This document shows, piece after piece, positions 40,413 to 50,238 of a DNA stretch of 64,000 nt (positions are counted from its first letter, which is position 1; each line of letters starts with the position of its first letter). Location: assembly GCA_001447805.1 (NCBI GenBank), contig CP013099.1, forward strand, positions 3,395,181 through 3,459,180. The letters run 5' to 3'. The DNA comes from Candidatus Tenderia electrophaga (GTDB taxonomy: Bacteria > Pseudomonadota > Gammaproteobacteria > Tenderiales > Tenderiaceae). Under the pieces are notes generated by a model, which was not told where the DNA came from, did no database searches, and saw nothing but the letters and a program-made list of their open reading frames with translations. The position numbers and the translations under genes are program-made.

Positions 40413-41663
40413 ATGGAAATTGCGCAAGCTGTGGTCGATGTCAATGCCCTGCCGGAGTCCTCGGCTACGGAACCCTTGATCCGCATCGGACACGACGGTG
40501 TCTCCATTACCATCCTGGGCACCGCCCACGTATCGCGCAACAGCGCCGATACGGTCACATCCCTGATTGCCACCGGTCGGTATGACGGCGTAGCCCTGGA
40601 GTTATGTGAAAATCGTCTCAACGCCCTGACCGATCCCGATGCCATCAGTCGCATGGATATCATGCAAGTGGTGCGCAAGGGCAAGGGACCTATGGTGATG
40701 GCCAGCCTGGCCTTGGGGGCGTTTCAGAAGCGCATCGCCGATCAACTCGACATCGAAGTAGGCGCCGACATGCGCGCCGGCGCCGAGTCCGCCGAGGCCC
40801 ATAACCTGCCCCTGATGCTGATCGATCGTGATGTCGGTATCACCATGAAGCGTATTTATCGCAATGTGCCCTGGTTCAAACGCGTCAAGGTCTTGGCCGG
40901 CCTGTTGGCCAGCGTCATCGCCCGTCGCAGCGTTTCGGCAGAAGAGGTCGAGCGTCTTAAGCGGGGTGACATGCTCGAATCCACGTTCAACCAGTTCGCC
41001 GAGCACTCGGCAGAAATCTATAAACCCCTGGTGGACGAGCGTGATCAGTACATGGCTGCACGCCTCATTGAAGAGGCCAGGTTTTCGGGCTGCAAGCATA
41101 TCCTGGCGGTGGTCGGCGCCGGTCATCTCAAGGGCATCCGCCAGTACCTGGATACAACAGGTGAGCGCTACATCACCGAACCCGAACAATGCCAGCAGCA
41201 ACTCGATCAGGTGCCGCCGGCGGGCAATCTACTCAAGCTGCTGCCCTGGCTCATCGTGGCGCTGATACTAACCGGCTTCGCTATCGGGTTTTCCCAAAGC
41301 AGCAACGTTGGCTGGGGAATGGTGCAACAGTGGGTGGTGATCAACGGCACCCTGGCGGCGATCGGGGCGCTGATCGCCTTGGCCCATCCGCTGACCATCG
41401 TCAGCGCCTTTGTGGCGGCGCCGTTAACCTCGCTCAATCCCACCATCTCGGCCGGGGTGGTATCGGCGGCGGTGGAGAGCTTCTTGCGCAAACCCAGGGT
41501 GGGTGATTTCAGCCGCTTGCGTGATGACGCCTGTCGTATCGGCGGGTGGTGGAGTAACCGCGTCGCGCATACCTTTGTCGTCTTTTTTCTGACCGGTTTG
41601 GGTTCGGTCGTCGGGACCTATATCGCCGGTTACAAGATCTTCGAGGCCATTGCCGTCGTATAG
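40413..41663 (+). CDS. TraB/PrgY (pheromone-shutdown-like) family protein
   Basis: LGTAHVS, ELC, GADM, DRDV.IT, ERD.YM, VVGAGH; C-terminal TMs with AHPLT, LTSLNP. Confidence 0.9.
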   Translation: MEIAQAVVDVNALPESSATEPLIRIGHDGVSITILGTAHVSRNSADTVTSLIATGRYDGVALELCENRLNALTDPDAISRMDIMQVVRKGKGPMVMASLALGAFQKRIADQLDIEVGADMRAGAESAEAHNLPLMLIDRDVGITMKRIYRNVPWFKRVKVLAGLLASVIARRSVSAEEVERLKRGDMLESTFNQFAEHSAEIYKPLVDERDQYMAARLIEEARFSGCKHILAVVGAGHLKGIRQYLDTTGERYITEPEQCQQQLDQVPPAGNLLKLLPWLIVALILTGFAIGFSQSSNVGWGMVQQWVVINGTLAAIGALIALAHPLTIVSAFVAAPLTSLNPTISAGVVSAAVESFLRKPRVGDFSRLRDDACRIGGWWSNRVAHTFVVFFLTGLGSVVGTYIAGYKIFEAIAVV

Positions 41664-41693
41664 AGACAGCGCGCATTTCTCCTGTCGCGGGCG

Positions 41694-42419
41694 TTAATCG
41701 ACAAAGGGCCCGTACTGAATAATCGGTTCGCCATGCGGCTGACCGTAACACAGCATCAGGCGGGTGTGACCGGTGGACTCAATCTTGATTTCGCTCTCAT
41801 TTTCGAAGAAGGCCGCATCGGCGGCGACGAATGTCTGTCCCTGGATTGTACTCTCGCCCTCGACCACGTAGACAAGCCCGCGCATCGCGCCATCAATGGC
41901 TGCCGTATAATGGGCGCCGTCGTGGAGCTGCAGTTCCAGATAGCGCATAGGTGTCAAAATATTGAGCGGTGAGTCCGCGCCGACAATGGTTTTGACCTGG
42001 CCGCCGTCGATATCGTCGACGGGGAACTCGTCGTGATTGACTTGTTGATAGCCGGGGTCGGTCTGCTTCAAACGTTGCGGCAGATTAATCCACAACTGAA
42101 TGCCGCGGGTGGGATTGTCTTCATTCGGCATTTCGGAATGAACCAGTCCGCTGCCCGCGGTAAAGCGTTGGGCGCCGCCACTCTGCACCGTCGAAGCGTT
42201 GCCGAGATTGTCTTCGTGGCGAATCGAGCCGCTGAATAGATAAGTGATGGCCTCAAAACCACGGTGGGGGTGTTCCGGAAACCCGTGTCCCGGGGTGACG
42301 GTGAAGTCGTCCCACAGCACGAACGGGTCAAAGTTCCGAAACGCGGGAATGGGCATCAGGCGCTTTACCACTACGCCGTCACCTTCGTGCATTTCAGTTG
42401 CGCTACGTTTTTTGATCAT
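41694..42419 (-). CDS. Pirin family protein
   Basis: DPF, GFPEHPHRGFE, HEDNLG, AGSGLVHSE, QLWINLP, YGPFV. Confidence 0.93.
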   Translation of the reverse strand: MIKKRSATEMHEGDGVVVKRLMPIPAFRNFDPFVLWDDFTVTPGHGFPEHPHRGFEAITYLFSGSIRHEDNLGNASTVQSGGAQRFTAGSGLVHSEMPNEDNPTRGIQLWINLPQRLKQTDPGYQQVNHDEFPVDDIDGGQVKTIVGADSPLNILTPMRYLELQLHDGAHYTAAIDGAMRGLVYVVEGESTIQGQTFVAADAAFFENESEIKIESTGHTRLMLCYGQPHGEPIIQYGPFVD

Positions 42420-42452
42420 GGTGCTTGCTCCGGCTGCGGCGCCTTGTAGGCG

Positions 42453-42689
42453 TCATCCCTGGCTGTGGCTTCCGTCGCAGAAGGGTTTGTTACCGGAGTT
42501 GCCGCAACCGCAGACGTATAGAGTCTCATCCTGTGTCGCCTCGTATTCGTAGGGTTGCGCCGGCGGATGATCGATATGGGAGCCGTCACAAAAAGGCGCA
42601 TTCTTGCTGTGGCCGCATTGGCAAATATAGGCGCTGTCGCCTTGGCCGATTTTGATGGTGTAGGGATTGCCCTGCTCATACATGTTCAT
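42453..42689 (-). CDS. Tandem CDGSH iron-sulfur domain protein
   Basis: Two CxCxxS...PFCDGSH motifs. Confidence 0.93.
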   Translation of the reverse strand: MNMYEQGNPYTIKIGQGDSAYICQCGHSKNAPFCDGSHIDHPPAQPYEYEATQDETLYVCGCGNSGNKPFCDGSHSQG

Positions 42690-43690
42690 GCGAATTTCCT
42701 TTTCTTGGTGTTGTCGAGGCGATCGCGGTTATGGGGCGCCATAAAATCCAGTGCCGGTCCGCGCGGCACAATCCGGGTGGGATTCACCGTTGTTTGGCTG
42801 TAATAGTAATGCTGCTTGATATGGGTCATGTTGACGGTGTCTTGAATGCCCCCGACTTGGTACAGCTCGCGTAGATAATCGCCAAGATTTTGATAATCGG
42901 CGATACGTCTTTGGTTGCATTTGAAATGGCTGTAATACACGGCGTCAAAGCGAACCAGGGTGGTGAATAGACGCCAGTCGGCTTCGGTGAGGCGCGCGCC
43001 GACCACATAACGCTGGCGCGCGAGTCTGGCCTCAAGCTCATCGAGCGCGCCGAACAATTGCTCAAAGGCTTCATCATAGGCGCTTTGCTCGGTGGCAAAT
43101 CCGCAGCGATAGACGCCGTTGTTGATGTTCTCATAAACGAAGGCGTTGATTTCATCGATGTCCCGGCGCAGGGCCTCGGGATAAAAATCGTTGTCCGCAT
43201 CTGTCAGGCTGCTGAAGGCATCGTTAAACATGCGGATGATCTCCGCAGACTCGTTGTTGACGATGGTGTGTCCTTGCTTATCCCACAGCACCGGCACGGT
43301 GACGCGCCCGCTGTAGTCGGGTTGAGTGTGAGTGTAAAGTTGATGCAGATAGTCATGACCGTTGATGTTATCCAGGTCGCTGCCGAGGTTGCCGGTAAAG
43401 GCCCAGCCGTGTTCCAGCATGTGCGGGTCCACCACCGTGACGCCGATATGCGGTTCCAGGCGTTTCAGCGTGCGCATGATCAAGGTTCGATGCGCCCAGG
43501 GGCAGGCCAGGGAAACATATAAGTGATAACGCCCGGATTCGGCCTTAAAACCGCCTTGGCCGCTGGGGCCGGGGGCACCGTCGCGTGTCACCCAGTTGCG
43601 AAACTGTGATTCACTGCGGACGAATTTGCCGCCGGTCTTTTGGGTGTCGTACCACTGGTCGTGCCATTCGCCTTTAATCAATAACCCCAT
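42686..43690 (-). CDS. yqjG: Glutathionyl-hydroquinone reductase (omega-like GST)
   Basis: GRYHLYVSLACPWAHR, GRVTVPVLWD, NNGVY, IK.HYY. Confidence 0.93.
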   Translation of the reverse strand: MGLLIKGEWHDQWYDTQKTGGKFVRSESQFRNWVTRDGAPGPSGQGGFKAESGRYHLYVSLACPWAHRTLIMRTLKRLEPHIGVTVVDPHMLEHGWAFTGNLGSDLDNINGHDYLHQLYTHTQPDYSGRVTVPVLWDKQGHTIVNNESAEIIRMFNDAFSSLTDADNDFYPEALRRDIDEINAFVYENINNGVYRCGFATEQSAYDEAFEQLFGALDELEARLARQRYVVGARLTEADWRLFTTLVRFDAVYYSHFKCNQRRIADYQNLGDYLRELYQVGGIQDTVNMTHIKQHYYYSQTTVNPTRIVPRGPALDFMAPHNRDRLDNTKKRKFA

Positions 43691-43727
43691 CGAGGACTCC
43701 TTGTGGCATAAACAATCATGTGGAAAC

Positions 43728-43752
43728 GCCCCTCCCCCGAGAGGAGAGGGGC
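43728..43752. repeat. REP-like GC-rich hairpin
   Basis: GCCCCTCCCCCGAGAGGAGAGGGGC; similar to the element at 54743-54767. Confidence 0.45.
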
Positions 43753-43758
43753 ACTACT

Positions 43759-44184
43759 TTACATCGCCGGCGACTGACTGTGCTGTCCATGCCCGTGTTT
43801 GTGGGCGCGCCGCGCGTCCAGGCTCCAGGCCCCGGCGCCATAGGCGGCGACATACAGCAGACCGCCGGTCATGGCGATGTTCTTCATGAACATGATCATT
43901 TGCGTCTGCTCGGCAAAGTTGGTGTGAAAGAACAACGCGGTGAGGATGGTAAAACCCGCCAGGCCCAAGGCGGCCCAGCGTGTCTGCCAACCCAGGATCA
44001 AGGCCAACGCGCCGCCGATTTCCACTAAAATCACCAGTGGCAGCAACATGCCGGGCACGCCCATGGATTCCATATAGCCCTGGGTGCCGGCATAACCAGT
44101 GATCTTGGTGGTCCCCGCGATAAGAAAAATATGTGCCAAAAATATTCGGCCGATAAGTGAGGCTGTCTTTTCCATACTCTCCAT
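43759..44184 (-). CDS. DoxX family membrane protein
   Basis: GRIFLA.IF, E.GG, GWQTR.AA, FMKN.AM.GGLL, GAGAWSLD. Confidence 0.92.
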   Translation of the reverse strand: MESMEKTASLIGRIFLAHIFLIAGTTKITGYAGTQGYMESMGVPGMLLPLVILVEIGGALALILGWQTRWAALGLAGFTILTALFFHTNFAEQTQMIMFMKNIAMTGGLLYVAAYGAGAWSLDARRAHKHGHGQHSQSPAM

Positions 44185-44263
44185 CTCCTTTTGGTTGAAT
44201 GCGCTACAAGCTCATTATGGCCAAATATTTTCGATATTAAAGCCTAAATACTTGCTATTTATT

Positions 44264-44278
44264 ATCTAAATATTGGAT
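44264..44278. promoter_or_regulatory. LysR-type binding site
   Basis: ATC-N9-GAT (ATCTAAATATTGGAT, T-N11-A core) between divergent doxX and lysR. Confidence 0.6.
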
Positions 44279-44288
44279 ACTTTTCGCC

Positions 44289-45179
44289 ATGAAGGGCCCC
44301 AAAGTCACCCTCGAGCAATGGCGCGCGCTGCAGACCGTGGTGGATCAAGACGGCTTTGCCCAGGCCGCCCAGCACCTGCATCGCAGCCAATCTTCCATCA
44401 GCTATACCATCGCCAAGCTGCAGCAGCAGCTCGGCGTACAGTTGCTGCAGATTGAAGGGCGCAAGGCCAAGTTGACGGCCGCCGGCGACGTCCTGTTGCG
44501 GCGCTCGCGTGCGCTGCTTGCCGACGCCGCCGAGCTCGAGGCACTGGCCCACAACCTGGAACAGGGTTGGGAGCCCGAGGTACGCCTGGTGGTGGATGCG
44601 GCCTTCCCCAGCGGCTATCTCATGCAAGCCTTGAAAGAATTCGTGCCCCTCAGTCGCGGCAGCCGGGTGCAGCTGAACGAAGTGGTGTTGTCGGGGGCGG
44701 ACGAGGCGCTGCTGGAACGGCGCGCCGACCTGGTCATCGGCGCCCAGGTGCCACAGGGCTATTTGGGCGACCCGTTGCTGGAAGTGGAATTTATCGCCGT
44801 GGCCCATCACCAGCACCGCCTGCACCGCCTCAATCGCGAACTCACTCATGAAGATCTGCGCCGCGAACTGCAGGTGGTGATTCGCGACTCCGGACTTTAT
44901 ATCAAGCGCGACACCGGTTGGTTGGGTGCCGAATATCGTTGGAGCGTCACCAGCATTGATAAGGCGGTGGAGGCCCTGCTGACCGAACTCGGTTTCGCCT
45001 GGGTGCCCGTGCACGAGGTGCAGGACTACCTGGAACAGGGCCAGCTCAAGCCCCTGCCGCTGCGCGAGGGGCGCCATCGCTTTGTCACGCTGTACCTGAT
45101 TCCCGGTCATCCCGAGCGCATCGGCCCCGCGACCAGCAAGCTGGCAGATATTTTTCGCCGGACCTGTGCACATGAATGA
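44289..45179 (+). CDS. LysR family transcriptional regulator
   Basis: [18 protein letters not shown]; divergent from the DoxX-GST-CDGSH-pirin genes. Confidence 0.95.
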   Translation: MKGPKVTLEQWRALQTVVDQDGFAQAAQHLHRSQSSISYTIAKLQQQLGVQLLQIEGRKAKLTAAGDVLLRRSRALLADAAELEALAHNLEQGWEPEVRLVVDAAFPSGYLMQALKEFVPLSRGSRVQLNEVVLSGADEALLERRADLVIGAQVPQGYLGDPLLEVEFIAVAHHQHRLHRLNRELTHEDLRRELQVVIRDSGLYIKRDTGWLGAEYRWSVTSIDKAVEALLTELGFAWVPVHEVQDYLEQGQLKPLPLREGRHRFVTLYLIPGHPERIGPATSKLADIFRRTCAHE

Positions 45180-45642
45180 CGTCAATCAAGCCTGTCCTTG
45201 TGGGTCCGGCCGGTCATTTGATCAGTGTTGCGGCGCCTGGATAGAGGGTGATGCATACCCGCCCCGCGCCGAGCAACTCATGCGTTCGCGCTATTGCGCA
45301 TTTGTATTAGGGAATAGCAACTATCTGTTGCAGACCTGGCACGCCGATACCCGCCCCGCGCAGCTGGTGTTGAGCCCTGACGTCAGCTGGTTCGGCCTCG
45401 AGATCGTCGCCATCGAGGCCGGCGAGGCGCAGGACAGTGAAGGCCGGGTCGAGTTTATGGCTAAATTTAACGGACACGATCGGCTACAATATTTACACGA
45501 GCGTAGCCGTTTCGTGCGTGAGGACGGGCGATGGTTCTACGTCGACGGCGAGAGTGTGCCGCAGGCCAAGGCGCCGAAGATCGGCCGCAACGAACCCTGC
45601 CCCTGCGGCAGCGGAAAAAAATATAAGCGTTGCTGTGGTTAA
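45172..45642 (+). CDS. ychJ: YchJ family SEC-C motif protein
   Basis: [47 protein letters not shown]. Confidence 0.93.
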   Translation: MNDVNQACPCGSGRSFDQCCGAWIEGDAYPPRAEQLMRSRYCAFVLGNSNYLLQTWHADTRPAQLVLSPDVSWFGLEIVAIEAGEAQDSEGRVEFMAKFNGHDRLQYLHERSRFVREDGRWFYVDGESVPQAKAPKIGRNEPCPCGSGKKYKRCCG

Positions 45643-45669
45643 AACGCTGCTCACCTTAACGAGAAGGGT

Positions 45670-45882
45670 ATGAGTCTGAGCGAGGAAGAGATCGAACAGA
45701 TCAAACAAAAACTGGCGGTGCTTAAGATCGAGCATCGCGATCTGGACACCGCCATCGGCAGTCTGCAGCAACAAGCCTATGTCGATCAGATGCAAATGCG
45801 GCGCATGAAAAAGCGAAAACTTTTTTTAAAAGACATGATCCATAGACTGGAAAGCATGTTGATTCCCGACATGCCCGCCTGA
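45670..45882 (+). CDS. YdcH/DUF465 family protein
   Basis: EHRDLD..I..R.KKRKL.LKD.I. Confidence 0.88.
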   Translation: MSLSEEEIEQIKQKLAVLKIEHRDLDTAIGSLQQQAYVDQMQMRRMKKRKLFLKDMIHRLESMLIPDMPA

Positions 45883-45895
45883 TTACGGGAGACCT

Positions 45896-46294
45896 ATGAG
45901 CAAGAAGATTTCAAAAACCGATGCCGAATGGCAGGCCCAACTGACGCCGGAGCAATATCGTATTGCCCGCCAGGCCGGCACCGAGCTGGCCTTCAGTGGT
46001 GAGTACTACGATTTTAAACAGGAAGGTCAGTACCGCTGTGTGTGTTGCGGGACGCCGCTGTTCAGTTCTCAACACAAATATGATTCAGGCAGCGGTTGGC
46101 CCAGTTTCTGGCAGCCGGCCGACGCGCAAAACGTCGAAGAGCAGGGCGATACCAGCCACGGTATGCAACGTACCGAAGTGCGCTGTGCCGCTTGCGAGGC
46201 ACACCTCGGCCATGTTTTCAACGATGGTCCACCGCCCACCGGCTTGCGCTATTGCATCAATTCGGCCGCCCTCACGTTCGCGCCGGACCAATAG
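45896..46294 (+). CDS. msrB: Peptide-methionine (R)-S-oxide reductase
   Basis: [26 protein letters not shown]. Confidence 0.97.
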   Translation: MSKKISKTDAEWQAQLTPEQYRIARQAGTELAFSGEYYDFKQEGQYRCVCCGTPLFSSQHKYDSGSGWPSFWQPADAQNVEEQGDTSHGMQRTEVRCAACEAHLGHVFNDGPPPTGLRYCINSAALTFAPDQ

Positions 46295-46432
46295 TCAGGT
46301 CACGAAATTGATCCCCTGCCGCGTCGGCGGCCTCTGGCAAGCGACGCTTTTCACGCCTGCCGCATGTGCGGCCGGCCTATCGAACGCGTATATGCAATAA
46401 TCTAAATCTCAACAATCATTGTATACCGCGTC

Positions 46433-46837
46433 ATGTCATTGGCCGAACTGAGCGCAAAGGAACTGCTAAGTATTATCACCCACGTCAAACAGTGGGTGGG
46501 CAATCTGCGCCGTGCCAAGCAACAACGCAAACAGGAATCGAAACAGGCCTTGCGTGCCGTCATCTCGGCGGTGCGCGAAACCACGGTCTATCTGCGCAGC
46601 CTGAAACAGGGCGGCAACAAATCCATCGACAAGGAAGAGCGCTTGTCGCTCAAGTGGACACAGCTGGCCTTCGCGCTGGAAGACCTGGGCCTGCACAAGC
46701 TGGCCGGCCGCTGTAGCATGAAGGGGCGTTACTGGGCCAACCCGGCCGACTTCGACACCGATTTTCTGGAGCAGGCCGGCATGCGTCTGAGCGACATCGA
46801 GACCCTGGCGCAGACGAGTCTGGCCGAGCTCGAATAG
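46433..46837 (+). CDS. Hypothetical protein
   Basis: 134-aa ORF filling the gap, genome-like codon usage, no recognised motif. Confidence 0.65.
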   Translation: MSLAELSAKELLSIITHVKQWVGNLRRAKQQRKQESKQALRAVISAVRETTVYLRSLKQGGNKSIDKEERLSLKWTQLAFALEDLGLHKLAGRCSMKGRYWANPADFDTDFLEQAGMRLSDIETLAQTSLAELE

Positions 46838-46838
46838 T

Positions 46839-47531
46839 TTATTGCGCCGCTTTGACCAGCAAGGTGACGCGCCGATTGCGCGCCCGCCCCGCCGGCGAGC
46901 TGTTGTCGGCCACCGGTCGGGTATCGGCATAGCCGATGGCGCGCAGGCGTTCGGCGGGGAGGCCCTGGCGGATGAGATGGCGCACCACCTGGGCGGCGCG
47001 CGCCCCGGACAATTCCCAGTTGGACGGAAAGCGGGCGGTGGCGATGGGCCGGTTGTCCGTATGGCCTTCCACGGTGACGGCCTGGCCGCTGCGCATCAGG
47101 GCGGGGGCCAGTGCGTTCAACACGGCTTCGCCCTGGCCCAGCAAGCGCGCCGTGCCGCTGTCGAACAGGATCTCTTCTTCCAATTGCAGACTGATCCCCG
47201 CAGCACTCGCGGAGATGGCGAGCTGGCCCTGTTCTACCAGGCCGGCGAGTTGTTGCTGAAACCGGGCCAACAGCTGATCCTGCGCGCTCACCGTGCCGGT
47301 ATCCGCCGCCCGGGTGGCCACGGCGTTTTCCTGCCGCGGCGCGGAAAAGCTCAGCATTACCACGAACATCACCACCAGCAGGGTGAACAGGTCGACATAG
47401 CTGAGTATCCAGCTGTCATCGTCCTGGCCGCCGGGCTCGGCCGCTTCCAAGGCGATGTCGCGCCGCACTGGCGCCGGCGGCGGATCATTGGCGGCGGCTG
47501 CGCCGGTCTGGGGCTCGTCGTCCTGGATCAT
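46839..47531 (-). CDS. MotB/PomB-like stator subunit (second pair)
   Basis: WILSYVDLFTLL TM with conserved Asp; EGHTD, NWELS.ARA, NRRV. Confidence 0.9.
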   Translation of the reverse strand: MIQDDEPQTGAAAANDPPPAPVRRDIALEAAEPGGQDDDSWILSYVDLFTLLVVMFVVMLSFSAPRQENAVATRAADTGTVSAQDQLLARFQQQLAGLVEQGQLAISASAAGISLQLEEEILFDSGTARLLGQGEAVLNALAPALMRSGQAVTVEGHTDNRPIATARFPSNWELSGARAAQVVRHLIRQGLPAERLRAIGYADTRPVADNSSPAGRARNRRVTLLVKAAQ

Positions 47532-48331
47532 GAGGACTGTTTTGCCGGCGGCGACGCGCGGTCTTGATTGATCTCGTCGCGGTAGTCGGCGCAGAACGAT
47601 TCCAGGGTGGCGCGGATATAGGCCGGTGAGCGGTGCTGGCTGATCAGGGTGATGCCCTCAAGCACCATTTGCATCAGCATGACGCGCCGCTCGGTGCGTC
47701 GCTCCAACTTGGTGGCGATGGGTTTGAAAATGAGATTGGCCAACAGGATGCCGTAGAAGGTGGTCACCAGGGCCACCGCCATGCTGGCGCCGATAACGGC
47801 GAAATCACCGCTTTCCATGGTGCTCATCATATTGATCAACCCGATCAGCGTGCCGGTCATGCCGAAGGCCGGGGCGAACACGGCCATGCTGCGGAATAGC
47901 TGGGCCTCGGCGCGCTCTTTGGCCTTGAGGCGGGCGATGCGCCACTGCAGCAGGTCGAGAATATCCTCTAGCGGACTGCCGTCGATGACCAATTGCAGGC
48001 CGGTCTTGAGAAAGGGGTTCCTGATCTTATCCAGCTCATCTTCCAGTGCGGCCAGGTTGCCGCTGAAGCTGATGCGCGCCGTCTCCACCAATTCGTCCAG
48101 ATCCTCGCGTTCGTAGAGACGCTCGTTGCGCAGCACCACGATAAACACGTGCAACACGCGCACTACTTCGTGCAGGGGATAGCTGATCAGGGTGGCGGCG
48201 AGGGTGCCGCCGAGCACGATGGCCAGGCCGTGGCCGTTCCAGAACAGCGCCAAATTGGTGCCGTCGCTGAACATGACCACGGCGGCCAGGGCGATACCCA
48301 GTAGCATGCCGAGTAAGGTGCTGGGATTCAT
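47528..48331 (-). CDS. MotA/PomA-like stator subunit (second pair)
   Basis: IVLGGT, F.KTGLQL.IDG, APAFGM.GTLIGL, ALVTTFYG..LAN. Confidence 0.9.
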   Translation of the reverse strand: MNPSTLLGMLLGIALAAVVMFSDGTNLALFWNGHGLAIVLGGTLAATLISYPLHEVVRVLHVFIVVLRNERLYEREDLDELVETARISFSGNLAALEDELDKIRNPFLKTGLQLVIDGSPLEDILDLLQWRIARLKAKERAEAQLFRSMAVFAPAFGMTGTLIGLINMMSTMESGDFAVIGASMAVALVTTFYGILLANLIFKPIATKLERRTERRVMLMQMVLEGITLISQHRSPAYIRATLESFCADYRDEINQDRASPPAKQSS

Positions 48332-48388
48332 GAGCTGCTGCCGACCATCCTTGAGAAAGCGTCACGCCGTCGTTAATTGCCTGTTTGC

Positions 48389-48396
48389 ATATCGGC
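48389..48396 (-). promoter_or_regulatory. Possible sigma-28 -10 element upstream of the second stator pair
   Basis: GCCGATAT on the minus strand about 60 bp upstream of the start; -35 poorly matched. Confidence 0.3.
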
Positions 48397-48567
48397 CGTT
48401 TCGGTGCCGCACTCCAATCGTCCGCGCCGCCGCCTGTCCGCCCCCCCTGGCCCGTCTCGTGACGCGCGGTGGTGGGAAACGCGCCTGGCGGCGGCTCAAT
48501 TTTTCCCCATTTCTGCCGTAACTTATTGTAAGAATGTGGATTTTACTGTGGTGAGTGGCTTGCCCGG

Positions 48568-49782
48568 ATGTCGTATAAGCTTCTGAAATCAATCGCTAAA
48601 TTGACGGCTGTACGCTATTGGCTGGGCGCCGTGCTGCTGTGCGGCGCCGCTCCCGCCGGGGCGGTGACCTATGTGCTGCCCGACACAGACGACGTCATCG
48701 GCCAGGTGCAATACGCCCGCGCCCAGGCCTCCGATACCCTGCTCACGCTGGCCCGCCAATACGATGTGGGTTACGCCCAGATCAAGGCGGCCAATCCCGA
48801 CATCCTCGACCCGACCAGGCTTGAGGCGGGGCGGCGCGTCGTCATCCCGACCCGCTTCGTGCTGCCCGCCGGCGCGCGCCGCGGTATTGTGGTCAATCTC
48901 GCCGAGCAGCGCCTGTATCACTATCAATATCCGCCAGAGGGGCCGGCCCTGGTGAGTACCTATCCGGTCAGTGTGGGGCCGGAAGGCGGCGCCCGGCGCG
49001 GCAGTTTTGCTATCGATCAGCGGCTGCGCAAACCGAGCTGGGACGTGCCCGCCGCGGCCCGGGCCGCCAATCCATCGCTGCCGGCAGTGGTGCCGCCCGG
49101 AGCGACAAATCCCTTGGGTGAATACGCCCTGGTGCTCGACGGCGGCGGCTATATGATTCACGGCACCAACGAAGCCTATAGCATCGGCATGGTGGTCAGC
49201 CGCGGCAGTATTCGTCTGTACCCCGAAGACATGGCGGTGCTGGTGCACCGGGCCAATAAGGACACCCCGGTGCGCATCGTCGATGACGCCTTCAAATACG
49301 GCTATCGCAACGGCCTGTTGTATTTCGAGATCCACAAACCGGACGGCGTGCGCGGCGGGCTCAATCTGGCCGCCCTGGTGAACAAGGTGAGCGCCATTAT
49401 CCCCGACATGCTGTGGTCGGCCGACTGGCAGCGTATCCGCATGACCGGCGAACGAGCCGCGGGCATCGCCAGCCCGGTGGCCCGCTTGCGCGGCCAAGTG
49501 AGCCAGCCGCGGCGCTGGCAGTTGCAGCTGGCCACCTTCAAGCGCTACGCCAGCGCGCGCAAACTGATGCTGCAATTGGAGGAGCTGGGCGTGCCGGTGA
49601 GCAGCGCATGCGCGGGCGATAGGTGCCGGGTCATGGCCGGTCCGTTTCGTGATGTGGCCTATATGAAGGACTTGGCCAATCGCATCAAGTGGATTACCCG
49701 CATCAAGAGCATTACACGCCCCTACCAACCCGAAGAGGACGCATTGCCTGCGCTGGCGCAGACCGTGGCCATGTCCGATTAA
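48568..49782 (+). CDS. LysM + YkuD L,D-transpeptidase-family protein with C-terminal SPOR-like domain; catalytic Cys replaced by Ser
   Basis: LysM (TL..LAR.Y.VG...AANP), VVNLAEQRLY, NPLG, IHGTN..SIG..VSRGSIRL; C-terminal QLATF..A..L..V.AGPF. Confidence 0.85.
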   Translation: MSYKLLKSIAKLTAVRYWLGAVLLCGAAPAGAVTYVLPDTDDVIGQVQYARAQASDTLLTLARQYDVGYAQIKAANPDILDPTRLEAGRRVVIPTRFVLPAGARRGIVVNLAEQRLYHYQYPPEGPALVSTYPVSVGPEGGARRGSFAIDQRLRKPSWDVPAAARAANPSLPAVVPPGATNPLGEYALVLDGGGYMIHGTNEAYSIGMVVSRGSIRLYPEDMAVLVHRANKDTPVRIVDDAFKYGYRNGLLYFEIHKPDGVRGGLNLAALVNKVSAIIPDMLWSADWQRIRMTGERAAGIASPVARLRGQVSQPRRWQLQLATFKRYASARKLMLQLEELGVPVSSACAGDRCRVMAGPFRDVAYMKDLANRIKWITRIKSITRPYQPEEDALPALAQTVAMSD

Positions 49783-49807
49783 TCCCGGGCGGTGTAAGAT
49801 GCCCGCT

Positions 49808-50221
49808 ATGCATGTATTCACCTATGGCTCGTTGATGTTCGACCCGGTCTGGGGCGCAGTGGTGGCGGGCGATTACCGCAATGCCGTCGCTGAGGTGCGA
49901 GGCTTTGCCCGGCGCTGCATCAAAGGCGAAATCTACCCGGCGCTGGTGGATGCCGATGCGACGGACTCGGTCCGCGGCCGGATCTATTTCCATATCCAAA
50001 CCGCCGATCTCATACGGCTGGACCGTTTTGAAGGTAATGACTATCGCCGTGCAACGGCCAGCGTCGCGCTACTAGAGGGTGGCGACGTCGAGGCCCAGGT
50101 CTATGTCTTTAAAGATCGATATAAAGGTCGGCTGGAGGCGCGTGACTGGGATGTGGCGTGGTTTGAGCGCGAAGGCATGGCCCGGTTCCTGAGCGGTTAT
50201 CGGGGTTTCACGCGGCGTTAA
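49808..50221 (+). CDS. Gamma-glutamylcyclotransferase (AIG2-like)
   Basis: FTYGSLM, YPAL, LDRFEG..Y.R. Confidence 0.88.
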   Translation: MHVFTYGSLMFDPVWGAVVAGDYRNAVAEVRGFARRCIKGEIYPALVDADATDSVRGRIYFHIQTADLIRLDRFEGNDYRRATASVALLEGGDVEAQVYVFKDRYKGRLEARDWDVAWFEREGMARFLSGYRGFTRR

Positions 50222-50238
50222 CACGCCCCGGCAGGCGC

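Noticed and set aside
40413..41663. TraB as evidence of a conjugative element
   Set aside because: It belongs to the TraB/PrgY protease-like family common on chromosomes; no T4SS, relaxase or integrase is present
46839..48331. Zorya (ZorAB) anti-phage motor
   Set aside because: The A subunit is only 267 aa with no long cytoplasmic tail, and no zorC/D/E-like genes are adjacent
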